64,000 nt of DNA from Fibrobacteria bacterium. Lineage in GTDB: Bacteria > Fibrobacterota > Fibrobacteria > UBA11236. Below the pieces are notes generated by a model, which saw only the letters and a program-made list of their open reading frames with translations, did not search any database and was not told the DNA's origin. The translations under genes and the position numbers were made by a program. Numbering within the stretch: the stretch's first letter is position 1; every line of letters starts with the position of its first letter. Positions 9,958-20,033 of this stretch are shown one piece after another. Location: the NCBI GenBank assembly GCA_041746255.1, contig JBGTHM010000039.1:1-64000 (forward strand). The letters are read 5' to 3'.

Positions 9958-11183
9958 GCGTAAAAAGGTACCATTTCCCCGGCTGAGTAGCTGTGGGCGC
10001 GAGAATCCAATTCCACAAAACCGTCGGTATTTCCCAATCCGCCAAAATCGCCTGATCCGTTAATGCGTTTAGGAATGGCCACACAGTCCACTCCCAGGGA
10101 GGATTGCAAGTTGACTGGCCTATAGAGCGTCAATTTCGCATGGGCGGCGGCCTCTTCACCCAAGCGAACGAGAGGGGGAGAGGGGAGGGATACCAGCCCC
10201 AGTTTGGCTCCAAGCAGGGGAGTGACGAAGCGACGGGCGCATACCAAACAGGAAATCGGATTTCCGGGCAATCCGAATACCAATTTTCCCGCTTCGCTCT
10301 GGCCCACCCATAGCGGTTTTCCGGGGCGCAAGGCTACTTTCTCAATGACCGGAGCCACTCCCAGCGCCTGCAAAACCCGGGGAACGAAATCGAATTTCCC
10401 GGCGGACACACCTCCCGAAATCAAGAGGACATCCGATTCCTTCAAGGCTTTTCCCAAAACGGAATTCAGCTCCTCCATTTCGTCGCCGGAGATGGCCAAA
10501 TGAACCTCCGCGATGCCGGAGAATAGGGCATTCAGCCCATGGACATTGGAATGACGGAGCTGCCAAGGGGCAGGCATTGCTTGGATTTCCACCAATTCAT
10601 CGCCGGTGGCCACAATACAGATGCGAGGCAACCGAGCCACCTTTAATCGGGATTGGCCTACCGAGGCGGCAATGGCAATGTCGACGGCATTCAACGGGCA
10701 ACCTTCTTTTACCAGCACTTGACCCGGCCGGTTATCCATGCCCCGAGGGTGCACGTTTTGTGCGGGACGAACGGTCAAGTCGGGCTTCACTTCGGCCACC
10801 CCGTCAGTCAGGAGAATATCTTCGTAGGGAATAATGGTATCACATGCCTGGGGACAGGCCGCGCCCGTCATGACCTCCAGGCAGGTTGCTTCCGGAATCC
10901 CTTGTCCCGGCGCATCTCCCGCTTTGACCATGCCCGCCACCGGAAAGGAGCGTACCCCCGCAGCCCAGTCTCGATAGGCAATGGCAATGCCGTCCATGCA
11001 GACTCTGTCGATGGGGGGATATTCCCGGTCCGCTCGGATGGGTTCGCGTAAGACTCTTCCCACGGCTTGGTCCAAATCCACTTCTTCGCTGGAAAAGGGT
11101 GCCTGTAGGCCTTGTAAAATCCGATCCGCTTCGCGGACGGAGATTAAGGGAGAGTTTGGTATCCTCTTATTCGGTAAATTCAT
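9945..11183 (-). CDS. moeA: Molybdopterin molybdenumtransferase
   Basis: MDGIA, MTGA, TGDEL, SGGVSAG.FDFV, PGKP, GLPGNPIS. Start placed at Met 11183 (uncertain). Confidence 0.93.
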   Translation of the reverse strand: MNLPNKRIPNSPLISVREADRILQGLQAPFSSEEVDLDQAVGRVLREPIRADREYPPIDRVCMDGIAIAYRDWAAGVRSFPVAGMVKAGDAPGQGIPEATCLEVMTGAACPQACDTIIPYEDILLTDGVAEVKPDLTVRPAQNVHPRGMDNRPGQVLVKEGCPLNAVDIAIAASVGQSRLKVARLPRICIVATGDELVEIQAMPAPWQLRHSNVHGLNALFSGIAEVHLAISGDEMEELNSVLGKALKESDVLLISGGVSAGKFDFVPRVLQALGVAPVIEKVALRPGKPLWVGQSEAGKLVFGLPGNPISCLVCARRFVTPLLGAKLGLVSLPSPPLVRLGEEAAAHAKLTLYRPVNLQSSLGVDCVAIPKRINGSGDFGGLGNTDGFVELDSRAHSYSAGEMVPFYAWKM

Positions 11184-11341
11184 AGCGCATTTTGTTCTTT
11201 TTCGGAAAGTCGATTGCGATGTCGGTTCATGGGTAAATTGTACAAAATTGGCGGGGTGAGGCATCCCAGGGCATCGTCACTTTCTGATAACTACATTTTT
11301 CGCGGCTAGGAAAATGGACATCAGGAACCGAGGAGCAGCAT

Positions 11342-11821
11342 CTGCAAATACCTTCCGAGCCCTTTCTATTTGGCTTTGAAAAGGAGTATCGTGACGAATT
11401 GCAATTTATCCCCATTGCCATGCGTTATCGTTTGGACCGGTGTGGGTTTCATCTGAAACTGGATATTTGGAAGAAACTATCGGTATCCGAAAGGTTTCAG
11501 TTATCCCAGGAGAAGGTCGATACGTTGGAAGAAATACATGCCCTTAAAGAGAGGTTGTCCGGCTTTTGTGAATTGCATGGTAACTCCGATCCCGAAATCC
11601 AGCCGGCTATAGACTCCCATCTATGGTCGCATAGTGCGCCTCCACCGGAATGCGTTCTCAAGGCCTGTCGAGAAATCCACTTGGACCTGCAGGCTTCCAC
11701 TTGGGCCGGCCTTGGAGAGTTGAAGCGATACGCCTTGTACAAATTGTCACTGTCCCGTCGTGGTGCGGACAAATTTACACTTGCGGTTCGAGAGTTTATT
11801 CCCGATACCGCCAAGTCTTAG
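11342..11821 (+). CDS. Nitrate reductase-associated protein (NarM-like)
   Basis: FGFE.E...ELQFIP.AMRYRLD.CG..LKL..W and W..L..L.RYALYKL motifs. The conserved FxFE lies upstream of the ORF-track TTG 11399, so the start is uncertain. Confidence 0.75.
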   Translation: MQIPSEPFLFGFEKEYRDELQFIPIAMRYRLDRCGFHLKLDIWKKLSVSERFQLSQEKVDTLEEIHALKERLSGFCELHGNSDPEIQPAIDSHLWSHSAPPPECVLKACREIHLDLQASTWAGLGELKRYALYKLSLSRRGADKFTLAVREFIPDTAKS

Positions 11822-11858
11822 GCCACCCAGCCTGGAGACATTTTATAACCGCAATTTT

Positions 11859-12725
11859 TCAGGGAGAAATTTCTTTATCCAGAAACCCATCCATCGCCTC
11901 CAGAACCTGGGGCAGGGCCTCTTCCTGGGGAAAATGACCCACTCCTTCCAACCGGATTACCGTGGAATTTTCCAGGTGCTTTTCCCATCGCTCCAAATCC
12001 TTTTTGCCAAAGGCCGGGTCCTGCATGCCCCAGAGAAGAAGCGTAGGCAGCTTGATGATTTTATCCCGCTGTTGCCAAAGGGATTGAAACCAGTCGCTGA
12101 GAAGTTCTTGCACAAAGACAAAAAGCGCCCCTCGCTCAGCCCGGTTGGAAAAGGGACGGAGATAATGGGAGTGGATGGATGGAGTGAGTTTGGATTTGTC
12201 ATGGAAGGCCATTTTGAGAAGGACCCGGGGAGAGAAGTTCAGATAAGTGTATAAAAACCTGCCCACGGATCCGCCCATTAGCCTGGCTATCTTGACTTTG
12301 GCCGGATCGTCCTGATTCGACCACAGCCAAGTGTTGAAGATTACCAGGCGTTGGATATTCTCCGGATGCCGAATGGCATAGGCCAAGCCGATGGGTCCAC
12401 CGAAATCATGTACGACCAGAGTGATATTTTTAAGGTCCAGCGCGGCAATCAGCCCTTCCAATCTGAGCGAATGGGCTTCGGGACGGTAATCCGCATCCGT
12501 CGGTTTTTCAGAAAGCCCGAATCCAAGATTATCCGCCGCTATGCACCGGTAGTGCTGGGAATAATGCCGGATAAGGTTTCGATACAGGAAGGACCAGGTG
12601 GGAGTCCCATGGACGAAAAGCATGACTTCGCCCTTGCCTTCATCGATATAATGCATCGTTCCTTCGGGAGTCGCATGCCATTTGCTCGTGAAAGGGTATG
12701 CCTGCTGATCGAGCGGCATTTTCAC
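11859..12725 (-). CDS. Alpha/beta hydrolase, haloalkane dehalogenase-like
   Basis: HGTPTWSFLYR, GFGLSEKP, nucleophile elbow VHDFGGPIG, GHFPQEE. Confidence 0.9.
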   Translation of the reverse strand: MKMPLDQQAYPFTSKWHATPEGTMHYIDEGKGEVMLFVHGTPTWSFLYRNLIRHYSQHYRCIAADNLGFGLSEKPTDADYRPEAHSLRLEGLIAALDLKNITLVVHDFGGPIGLAYAIRHPENIQRLVIFNTWLWSNQDDPAKVKIARLMGGSVGRFLYTYLNFSPRVLLKMAFHDKSKLTPSIHSHYLRPFSNRAERGALFVFVQELLSDWFQSLWQQRDKIIKLPTLLLWGMQDPAFGKKDLERWEKHLENSTVIRLEGVGHFPQEEALPQVLEAMDGFLDKEISP

Positions 12726-13612
12726 CGTACCACCTCAACTGAACAATGGGCATGGCTGACCAATGCTGTGGCTACGCTACCCAGCAGGTAATTTCGGGAA
12801 TTGCGTTTCCCATTGCCTCCCACCAGGATTAGGTCGGCTCCCCATTCCTCGGTCTCTTTCAGGAGTAGCTTGCGCGGGTCTCCCGACAGAACGGTGGTGC
12901 TGACCGTGAGCCCGGTTCCTTCCAACGCCCTTTCGGCTTTTTCCACCTGATGTTGCGCCCATTCCTCTAGATTGGTTTCGGAATGGGGTATGAAATTCGC
13001 AACCCTTTCGTCCACTACCGTCGTGATGCGAGCCTGGGTGCCGTGGGGCCAATTCCCTTCGGCGAGGCGACGGAGCGCTCTATCCGATTGCGCGGAACCA
13101 TCCAATCCCACTAAAATATGCGGTGGATCTTTCCACTCCCTGGCGTTGCGCGAAACCCGCACTGAAAAGGGGGTGTGGGTGACGATTTTTTGGGAAACGC
13201 TGCCTAGAAAAAGCCGGGCCCAGGCGCCGCGCCCATGCGAACCGATAGCGATGAGATCCGGTTTAAGCGTTTCCGCCCGCTGCAAAATACCGTCGGCGGC
13301 CAAGTCCGCCGTTGCTTCCGCCCGGATGCTCCATTGGGGGAATAGAAGGGCCAACTTGTCCCTTCCTTTCTCCGCGGTCTTTTGCGCTTGCGCGACCCAT
13401 TCTTCAATCCGGTTGAAGGCGGTTTCGGCCGCGGCCAAGATGGGAGGGTAAACCCAGGGTTCCGCGGCGTCCAGATTCGAGGGAACTATAACGTCTGCGA
13501 CGGTCAGCACGACGGCATCCAGTTTTTCGGGAAGACCCGCTATCCGCAATTCGTCCAATGCGGCATCGCCGAATTCCGATCCATCATATCCAATTAACAA
13601 TTGCATGAACAC
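12722..13612 (-). CDS. Tandem-domain universal stress protein
   Basis: Two Usp domains: IGYDGS...GSHGRG...LGSVS and VGLDGS...LLGSVA...HAHCSVEVVR. Confidence 0.92.
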   Translation of the reverse strand: MFMQLLIGYDGSEFGDAALDELRIAGLPEKLDAVVLTVADVIVPSNLDAAEPWVYPPILAAAETAFNRIEEWVAQAQKTAEKGRDKLALLFPQWSIRAEATADLAADGILQRAETLKPDLIAIGSHGRGAWARLFLGSVSQKIVTHTPFSVRVSRNAREWKDPPHILVGLDGSAQSDRALRRLAEGNWPHGTQARITTVVDERVANFIPHSETNLEEWAQHQVEKAERALEGTGLTVSTTVLSGDPRKLLLKETEEWGADLILVGGNGKRNSRNYLLGSVATALVSHAHCSVEVVR

Positions 13613-13681
13613 GCTCCATTTCGCTCGATTAACGGCCTAATTGAATTTAGCTAATCGACCGGAACGGGTCCATATCCGTGC

Positions 13682-14464
13682 TTATTCCTTTTTCGTGGAG
13701 AGAGGGCGGCTTGAACCCGATTTCTTGTATAGGGGCTGCCGGTGTTCGATGACTTTGCCGGTTCCCGACAAATCATAGCGCGTTACTGCGGGCAGTCCCC
13801 ACCATTCCAGAGATCCGCTGCCGCCAACTTTGGCGTCGAGGCGGGACCCGCCCTGAAGGGCCAGATAGGCATCTCCGTTGCCGACCATGGTTACGTTTGC
13901 ATTACGGTGCACCCACAGGGCATCGGCAATCAAATCACCGGATCCGCTTAAAATGACATCGAGATAATCCACATCCCCATCCAAATAGAGGTCACCGGAT
14001 CCGTTCAATCTCGCGTTCAGTTCCAGCAAGTCGCCGCCGAAATGCAAGTCGCCGGCGCCGTTCACTTCGATGTCAAAGCGATGGGTTCCGGGAAAGGCTT
14101 CCACGTAAAGGGTGGAATTCCGGTTATGCACGATTCCTTTGAGTTCGGGCAGAATGCATACCACTTCCGTTTCCGCTCCGGGTTGGAAGGCAGAATTCCA
14201 CTCGATATACAAGGTACTTCCCACGGTATAAGTATCTAAATACCGCATGCGGTTTTCGGCTGTGGTGACGGTAACCGAAGGAGAATATCCCTTTTTCAAA
14301 ATAACGGGAACCGGAGCCGACACTTCCACGCGGGAATAATGCCCCACCTTTCGGATTTCCGTAAGGGGAGGGTGATCCTCCACATACAAGTCCATGTTGA
14401 CCAAGCAGCCTGAAAAGCACAAAGGCAGGGATATTAGCAAAGGGATTTTTATTGTGGAAACCAT
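13682..14464 (-). CDS. Lipoprotein with DUF2807 (head GIN) beta-helix domain
   Basis: Lipobox FSGC, repeated NGAGDL / NGSGDL / SGSGDL / GGSGSL. GAGG RBS before ATG 14464. Confidence 0.8.
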   Translation of the reverse strand: MVSTIKIPLLISLPLCFSGCLVNMDLYVEDHPPLTEIRKVGHYSRVEVSAPVPVILKKGYSPSVTVTTAENRMRYLDTYTVGSTLYIEWNSAFQPGAETEVVCILPELKGIVHNRNSTLYVEAFPGTHRFDIEVNGAGDLHFGGDLLELNARLNGSGDLYLDGDVDYLDVILSGSGDLIADALWVHRNANVTMVGNGDAYLALQGGSRLDAKVGGSGSLEWWGLPAVTRYDLSGTGKVIEHRQPLYKKSGSSRPLSTKKE

Positions 14465-14675
14465 GATGACACCTCCGCGAGGTATCCATCTCAAATTCCG
14501 GGCCAAAGCATAAATCCTGGATTTCAGGGGAAATTTCGCGAAGGAAGCGCATTCCCATTCGGGTTTGTCCAAATTCTGGACAGGGTGTCGTCCAGATAAC
14601 GGAGCCTTGTCATTAACGCTAAAAAGCCAAAAAAAGTTGGTCGTGCCGGAGGAAAAATCGGATGATTGCCACGAC

Positions 14676-15980
14676 ATGAGCCTCTCATCCCTCCTCCGTT
14701 TATCCCCTTTGGGAGCGCTGTATCTGGTTTTTGCCGTCGTGCGTAGCCGGGTCGAGTTGCAATGGGATGAAGGGCGCTATCTTCAATTCGCCTCCAACCT
14801 CCTGCAAGGAGGATATGCAGGTGAAGAAACGCTCTTCCTTTGGAATGGTCCGGGCTATCCCCTGGTACTGGCCGTGATTGTGGGGTTGCAGCTTCCCCTG
14901 GTCGTGGCCAAGGCGGTCAATGCCATCCTGTTATTTTTCGCCATCGCTTATTTTCACGCTACGCTGCGACTCTATCTGGCTCCCGCACGCGCTTTATTTT
15001 TTGGATATGTCACAGGTATCTATCTGCTTTTGCATGGATCACTGATTGAATTCCTGATGTCGGAGCCCCTATCGGTTTTCCTGGTATGCGCATCCACCTT
15101 CCACTTTATTCAGTTCATGCAGGCCAGCCGGTTTTCGTGGATGCATTTCGGAGCGACCGCGATGGCATTAGGCTATTTGGCTTTAACCAAGGTTTTTTTC
15201 GGTTGGGTGATTCTGGCTTGTTTGCTCTTGGCTTTGGTTCCCGCTGTCCTGCGCTGTCCCCGGGCTATGCGGATATCGGTGGTCACTCTCGCGGCCCTGA
15301 TTTTCTGCCTTCCCTATCTTACCTATACCCATAAGCTTACCGGTAAACTTTTCTATTGGGGAAATTCGGGAGGGGTTTTGCTTTACTGCATGTCTTTGAC
15401 CGAAGATTACCTATTGGGGGATTGGCTGAACTTCGATGCGGTACGCGCCCACCCCGAATTCTTCCAAAAGCAACACGCTATTTTCGTAGGGCTGGCCGAA
15501 CTCAATTATGTGGAACGGGATGCCTGGTTCAAAAATGCGGCGCTGGAAAACATCCGTGAACGCCCGCTTAAATATTTCCGGAATTGGCGGGCCAATATCA
15601 ATCGCATGGTTTTTGGATACCCGCAGTCGCGCTACCCGGGTGCCGATCCGGCTTTGACTACCGGCAATCGTAGTCTGATATACGCTTGCGTATTTTTCCT
15701 CTGGGCCGTGTGCGCCATCCCATTTTCACTTCGTTGGAAAAAAGTGCCTGCGGAAATACAAGCGACCGGCGTCTTCCTGTTGATTGCGCTGGCAGGAACA
15801 TCCTTATTGAGCGCCATTCCCCGCCAGATTTTCCCGCTTATTCCGCTACTGCTGTTAACCTCAATCTATGCCTTGGAAAAGCTTATCGAGGTGGAATGGG
15901 TATCCGACCCAGTCTCAGACTTTGACGTCGACGTGGCCGCCCATTCCGGGAGCGGAAGGCGGGGGCGGGAGCGCTTTTAA
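14676..15980 (+). CDS. Polytopic membrane protein, GT-C (ArnT/PMT-like) glycosyltransferase
   Basis: DEGRY...PGYPL, MSEPL, PR motif, many TM helices. Confidence 0.65.
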   Translation: MSLSSLLRLSPLGALYLVFAVVRSRVELQWDEGRYLQFASNLLQGGYAGEETLFLWNGPGYPLVLAVIVGLQLPLVVAKAVNAILLFFAIAYFHATLRLYLAPARALFFGYVTGIYLLLHGSLIEFLMSEPLSVFLVCASTFHFIQFMQASRFSWMHFGATAMALGYLALTKVFFGWVILACLLLALVPAVLRCPRAMRISVVTLAALIFCLPYLTYTHKLTGKLFYWGNSGGVLLYCMSLTEDYLLGDWLNFDAVRAHPEFFQKQHAIFVGLAELNYVERDAWFKNAALENIRERPLKYFRNWRANINRMVFGYPQSRYPGADPALTTGNRSLIYACVFFLWAVCAIPFSLRWKKVPAEIQATGVFLLIALAGTSLLSAIPRQIFPLIPLLLLTSIYALEKLIEVEWVSDPVSDFDVDVAAHSGSGRRGRERF

Positions 15981-16094
15981 TAAAGCCAAAGCCTGCTGCT
16001 CCATCATGTCATGGGATTTTTTGAGCAGCTTGGGGTTGACTTGGGAACCTTCACTTCCATGTACTGCCGATGATAAAGGATTAATGCCTTCCAT
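15915..16094 (-). CDS. Small YjfB-like (putative motility) protein, 59 aa
   Basis: Manual translation MEGINPLSSAVHGSEGSQVNPKLLKKSHDMMEQQALALLKALPPPPSAPGMGGHVDVKV. GGGAGG RBS. Below the ORF-track cutoff. Confidence 0.7.
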   Translation of the reverse strand: MEGINPLSSAVHGSEGSQVNPKLLKKSHDMMEQQALALLKALPPPPSAPGMGGHVDVKV

Positions 16095-16168
16095 GTACGT
16101 CCTCCCTCTATTTTCCAGGGGATTTCGCGCCCGATAGCGGCGCTGAAGCTACTATCTTGTAAAATCCC

Positions 16169-17482
16169 ATGGCCAAGAGATTTATTATACAGGGTGGCGT
16201 TTCCTTGGAAGGGGAAATTGCCATTCGCGGCGCAAAAAACGCCGTTACCAAGGAAATGGTCGCCGCCGTGCTGGCGCCGGGCCAGAGCCTGCTCCGCAAT
16301 GTCCCCTCCATCGGCGATGTGGAGGTCACCTGCCGGGTATTGGAATCGCTGGGCTGCGGTATCGAGCATCTTTCCGAAGCGGGAATTCTAAAGGTCGATG
16401 CAGCGACGCTCGATACCCACGAAGTTCCCATGCAATATTCCGGGGTGAACCGTATTCCCATCCTCATGGCCGGGGTCTTGCTGCATCGTTTCGGTAAAGC
16501 GGTTATTCCCATGATGGGAGGTTGCGCCATCGGCCCGCGCCCCATCGATTTCCATTTGCAAGGCCTGGAGAAACTCGGCGCGAAGGTGGAATATAAGGAC
16601 GGCGCCTACCATTTCGAGGCCAAACGCCGGCTGGTGGGAGCGCATATCGTGCTTCCCTTTCCCAGCGTAGGGGCTACGGAAAATATCATCATGGCGGCCA
16701 CCATGGCCCAAGGCACCACCGTCATTAAAAACGCCGCCATCGAGCCCGAAATCGTGGACCTCGCGCTCTTTCTCCAATCGATGGGCGCGGTGATTACCCA
16801 GGAAACGGATCGGACGTGGATCATTCAAGGCGTCGATGCGCTCAGGCCCGCGGAACATACGGTAATCAACGACCGCATCGAAGCGGCTTCCTTCGCGGTT
16901 TCCGCCATTGCGACCAAAGGCGAGGTTTTCATTCGAGGCGCCGATCAATTGCACATGTTGGCCTTTCTCAACTGGTTGCGTAAAGCCGGCGGCGATTTCC
17001 AAGTCCGCGAAAACGGCATCCTCTTTCGGGGCAAACATTCCCGTATCAAACCCATCGCGGTGGAAACCGCCGTGCATCCCGGGTTGATGACCGATTGGCA
17101 GCAACCCCTTGTGATACTTTTAACTCAAGCCGCAGGTGCATCCGTCATCCATGAAACCGTTTACGAAAACCGCTTCGGGTATACCGAGGCCTTGAACCGT
17201 ATGGGCGCGCGCATCCAATTGTTCGACGAATGTCTGGGCGGAGGCGTTTGCCGCTTCCGCCACCTCGGGCATATGCACTCGGCCATCGTAAACGGCCCCA
17301 CGCCCTTGCATGGCGCGGATATCGATATTCCGGATTTGCGCGCGGGGTTTTCCTATCTCGTGGCCGCCGTTTTGGCTAAGGGAACCACGCGTCTTTCGAA
17401 TGTGAGCTTCATTGAACGGGGATACGACCGCATAATCGAGAAATTCCGCGACTTGGGTGTCCCTATCGAGGTGGAAGGGTGA
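16169..17482 (+). CDS. murA: UDP-N-acetylglucosamine 1-carboxyvinyltransferase
   Basis: GAKNA, GGCAIGPRPIDFH, SVGATEN, DRIEA, PG..TDWQ, ENRF, DLRAG, RGY. Confidence 0.96.
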   Translation: MAKRFIIQGGVSLEGEIAIRGAKNAVTKEMVAAVLAPGQSLLRNVPSIGDVEVTCRVLESLGCGIEHLSEAGILKVDAATLDTHEVPMQYSGVNRIPILMAGVLLHRFGKAVIPMMGGCAIGPRPIDFHLQGLEKLGAKVEYKDGAYHFEAKRRLVGAHIVLPFPSVGATENIIMAATMAQGTTVIKNAAIEPEIVDLALFLQSMGAVITQETDRTWIIQGVDALRPAEHTVINDRIEAASFAVSAIATKGEVFIRGADQLHMLAFLNWLRKAGGDFQVRENGILFRGKHSRIKPIAVETAVHPGLMTDWQQPLVILLTQAAGASVIHETVYENRFGYTEALNRMGARIQLFDECLGGGVCRFRHLGHMHSAIVNGPTPLHGADIDIPDLRAGFSYLVAAVLAKGTTRLSNVSFIERGYDRIIEKFRDLGVPIEVEG

Positions 17483-17538
17483 GACGCTAACTCGCGCTCT
17501 TCCTTGTTTTCGTTCCGGGTTAATTTTATCCTTAGCGA

Positions 17539-18372
17539 ATGCTTAAAGCCTATTGCTTTCTCTCGAAAAAGGGCGGCGTCGGTAAAACCACTCTGACCCT
17601 GAATTGCGCCCATGCGCTGGCGTTTTCGGGTTTCCGCACCCTGCTGGTCGATGCCGATGGTCAAGCCAATTTATCCCGCCAATTTTTCGACGTTAAAGCC
17701 GAGGCCGGAGCCGGGCGGGGGGATATCACCGGCCTGCTTATGGGCCGGGCCGCCGCCGACGAAGTTATTCGCCCCACCCATTACGAAAATCTGGATTTGA
17801 TCTGCGGAAGCGTTAACCTGGAAGATTTGCCGTTGCTCGATCCTAAAATTATCCGGGAACCGGCGCGGCTGAAAAATGCGCTCCAAAGCGTGCTGGACGA
17901 TTATGATTTCGTGCTATTCGACTGCCCGCCCGCCTGGAACTGGCTTTCGCGCCTTGTGCTATACAGCTCGGAGGCGGCTGTGGTTCCCGTGCAGGCCGAA
18001 CCTTTCGCCGTGCAAGGACTGCGCGATCTCGCCCTCATGTTGAGCCGCATGAGCGCCACGGCGCAATTGTACCGCATCGTCATCAATATGTATCGTTCGA
18101 ATACCCAGTTGCACCAAGCCATACTTCAGGAAATCGAAACAGAATTTCCCGGCAAAGTCGCCCGACAAAAAATCCGGCTTACCATTCAATTGGCCGAGGC
18201 CGCCCATGCGGGCCGGAGCGTCTTCGAATACGCGCCCGCCTCTATCGGGGCTCTCGATTTATACAGTTTGTGTTTCGAATTGTTCCAGCTATCCCCGGAG
18301 CGGGTGCGGGCGGCGGCCGAATCCTTGAAGGCCGATGCGTTGACGCTCGCGGCTTCCAAAGCCGATGATTAA
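17539..18372 (+). CDS. ParA/Soj family ATPase (orphan)
   Basis: Deviant Walker A KKGGVGKTT, VDADGQANLS, YDFVLFDCPP. No parB adjacent. Confidence 0.9.
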   Translation: MLKAYCFLSKKGGVGKTTLTLNCAHALAFSGFRTLLVDADGQANLSRQFFDVKAEAGAGRGDITGLLMGRAAADEVIRPTHYENLDLICGSVNLEDLPLLDPKIIREPARLKNALQSVLDDYDFVLFDCPPAWNWLSRLVLYSSEAAVVPVQAEPFAVQGLRDLALMLSRMSATAQLYRIVINMYRSNTQLHQAILQEIETEFPGKVARQKIRLTIQLAEAAHAGRSVFEYAPASIGALDLYSLCFELFQLSPERVRAAAESLKADALTLAASKADD

Positions 18373-18390
18373 GGGATTGGACGTGAGCGT

Positions 18391-19326
18391 TTAGGGCTTG
18401 GGTTCACCCACACCGAAGTTCAATTTCAACTCCTGGCGCTGGTTCTCGTCCTGGTTGCGGTTGAGTTCCCAATAAGTTTTACGGCGGCTGGCAAGCAACT
18501 CTCCCGATTCGCCCTGGTGGTTTTTCCACAGCAACAATTTACGGGGGTGCGCCGATTCGACGAAATATTCCGTCCATTCCTTCGAGGACCCCACGCGCCA
18601 GCGGTAGACGGAAAAATTACCCAATCCGATGCTTAATTCTTCTACCTGGGATTTCTCTACTTCCACGGTACTTCCCGCCAGCGGAATATGCCGCCTCCGG
18701 GTATCCCACAGGCTACGCACCAGCACAACGGATCGTTTTTGGCCCGGGCGCATGAATTCGCCGTCCAGTTCGCGCAGTAAAATGGGTAATTCGTCTTCGA
18801 AGTAAACGACGGTTGCATCCAGAGGCAAGGTCGTCACGGCATTGCCTTCGGACTCGAAATAGGAATGCAGTGTCGAAACCACCGAATTTTTACGGGTCTC
18901 CAAGTGATGGTAGACGTGGCCGCACCATTCCTGCCCGGTGAAAGAGATTTTTTTGGGGATAAAATCCCGCTTGACGCGTCCGCCTGAGAGACCCGCGAAT
19001 ACCGAAGTCATCACGGAATAATCGTAAATACCGGTATTGAACTTGAGGACATTGTTCAACTTTAACACCGGCACCCTTAAGGCCGCAGCCGTTCCGGGTT
19101 TTTCAATTTTGATACGGGTACGGTCGTTTATCTCCTCGTAAACATATATCAGTACTGCCTGGGCTTCCCGCATTTCCCCATAGCGTAAAGTCCGGGCTTG
19201 ATAGGTGGAGATTTCCGCCAATCCGGACTTCCAGTATTTCCAGAATTCCGGTGTGCGGGTTATTTCGGCTTGGAGCGGTAGGGAAATACCTATCAGTACG
19301 ATAATCCCGACAATCGCTTGAATCAC
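18391..19326 (-). CDS. Conserved hypothetical secreted protein
   Basis: Signal peptide. YW..G.AEI..Y....RYGE, F.TGIYDYSVMTSVF, QEWCG motifs. Confidence 0.7.
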   Translation of the reverse strand: MIQAIVGIIVLIGISLPLQAEITRTPEFWKYWKSGLAEISTYQARTLRYGEMREAQAVLIYVYEEINDRTRIKIEKPGTAAALRVPVLKLNNVLKFNTGIYDYSVMTSVFAGLSGGRVKRDFIPKKISFTGQEWCGHVYHHLETRKNSVVSTLHSYFESEGNAVTTLPLDATVVYFEDELPILLRELDGEFMRPGQKRSVVLVRSLWDTRRRHIPLAGSTVEVEKSQVEELSIGLGNFSVYRWRVGSSKEWTEYFVESAHPRKLLLWKNHQGESGELLASRRKTYWELNRNQDENQRQELKLNFGVGEPKP

Positions 19327-20033
19327 GGCGAGGGTAACAGCAGGGTTATACCCAACAGCTTCCCGTCCTTAAGCGCCAAAGCACCGGGATGGGATTTGTC
19401 CATTTGGGAAAACCGTGCTTTGGCGTCTTCGCTGATCTGGCCGCGGTTGTCGACAAAAAGCCGCCGTTCGTTTTCATTGAGCAAGGCCAAGGCGTCATTC
19501 CAATTTTGGCTTTTAACCGCGGCGAAAAACCGGTTGATGGTTTCATTCAACTCGGTTTTGTCCTGAGCCGCATCCGCTTGCGCTTGCGCGGCATTTTCCA
19601 TCGCATCGGGGTCAAGGGGGTCGAGGACGGAAAACTGGCTCGATTCATCATCGGCGGAAAGCGTGACGCCTTCTCCTTGGTTGAGATTGGGAAGCATCTC
19701 ATAAATACCCGCCAGGCGACCATCCTCCACTCGTACTGAGGGGAGACGTATCAGTCTCTGCAAATTCAAGGCCGCCAATTGTTGCCTCTTGGCTTCCGGC
19801 ACCTGGCCACGCGCATCCAGAATCTGTTCCCGCTCTTTGGGGGTCAGGTGGTTGACTGCGAAGACAAAGTCCCGCTTGGAAAGCGATTCGCCAAATCCGG
19901 TCAACAAGGTGAGAATGTCGTCGCTTTTGGCGGGCATATTGGGCTGAGTGACGCTTTGCTGATTGGACGCACAGGCCAGCAGCAGGCCGGCCATGCCAAA
20001 GGTTAACAGTTTGGATAAGAAGGCAACATTCAT
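19323..20033 (-). CDS. Hypothetical lipoprotein with internal duplication
   Basis: Lipobox LLAC. Two similar halves (…LTPKEREQILDARGQV…EDGRLAGI / …LNENERRLFVDNRGQI…KDGKLLGI). Confidence 0.7.
   Translation of the reverse strand: MNVAFLSKLLTFGMAGLLLACASNQQSVTQPNMPAKSDDILTLLTGFGESLSKRDFVFAVNHLTPKEREQILDARGQVPEAKRQQLAALNLQRLIRLPSVRVEDGRLAGIYEMLPNLNQGEGVTLSADDESSQFSVLDPLDPDAMENAAQAQADAAQDKTELNETINRFFAAVKSQNWNDALALLNENERRLFVDNRGQISEDAKARFSQMDKSHPGALALKDGKLLGITLLLPSP

Noticed and set aside
11184..11340. Moco riboswitch upstream of moeA (also checked upstream of modA)
   Set aside because: I could not build the conserved multi-stem structure. modA regulation is explained by the ModE box.
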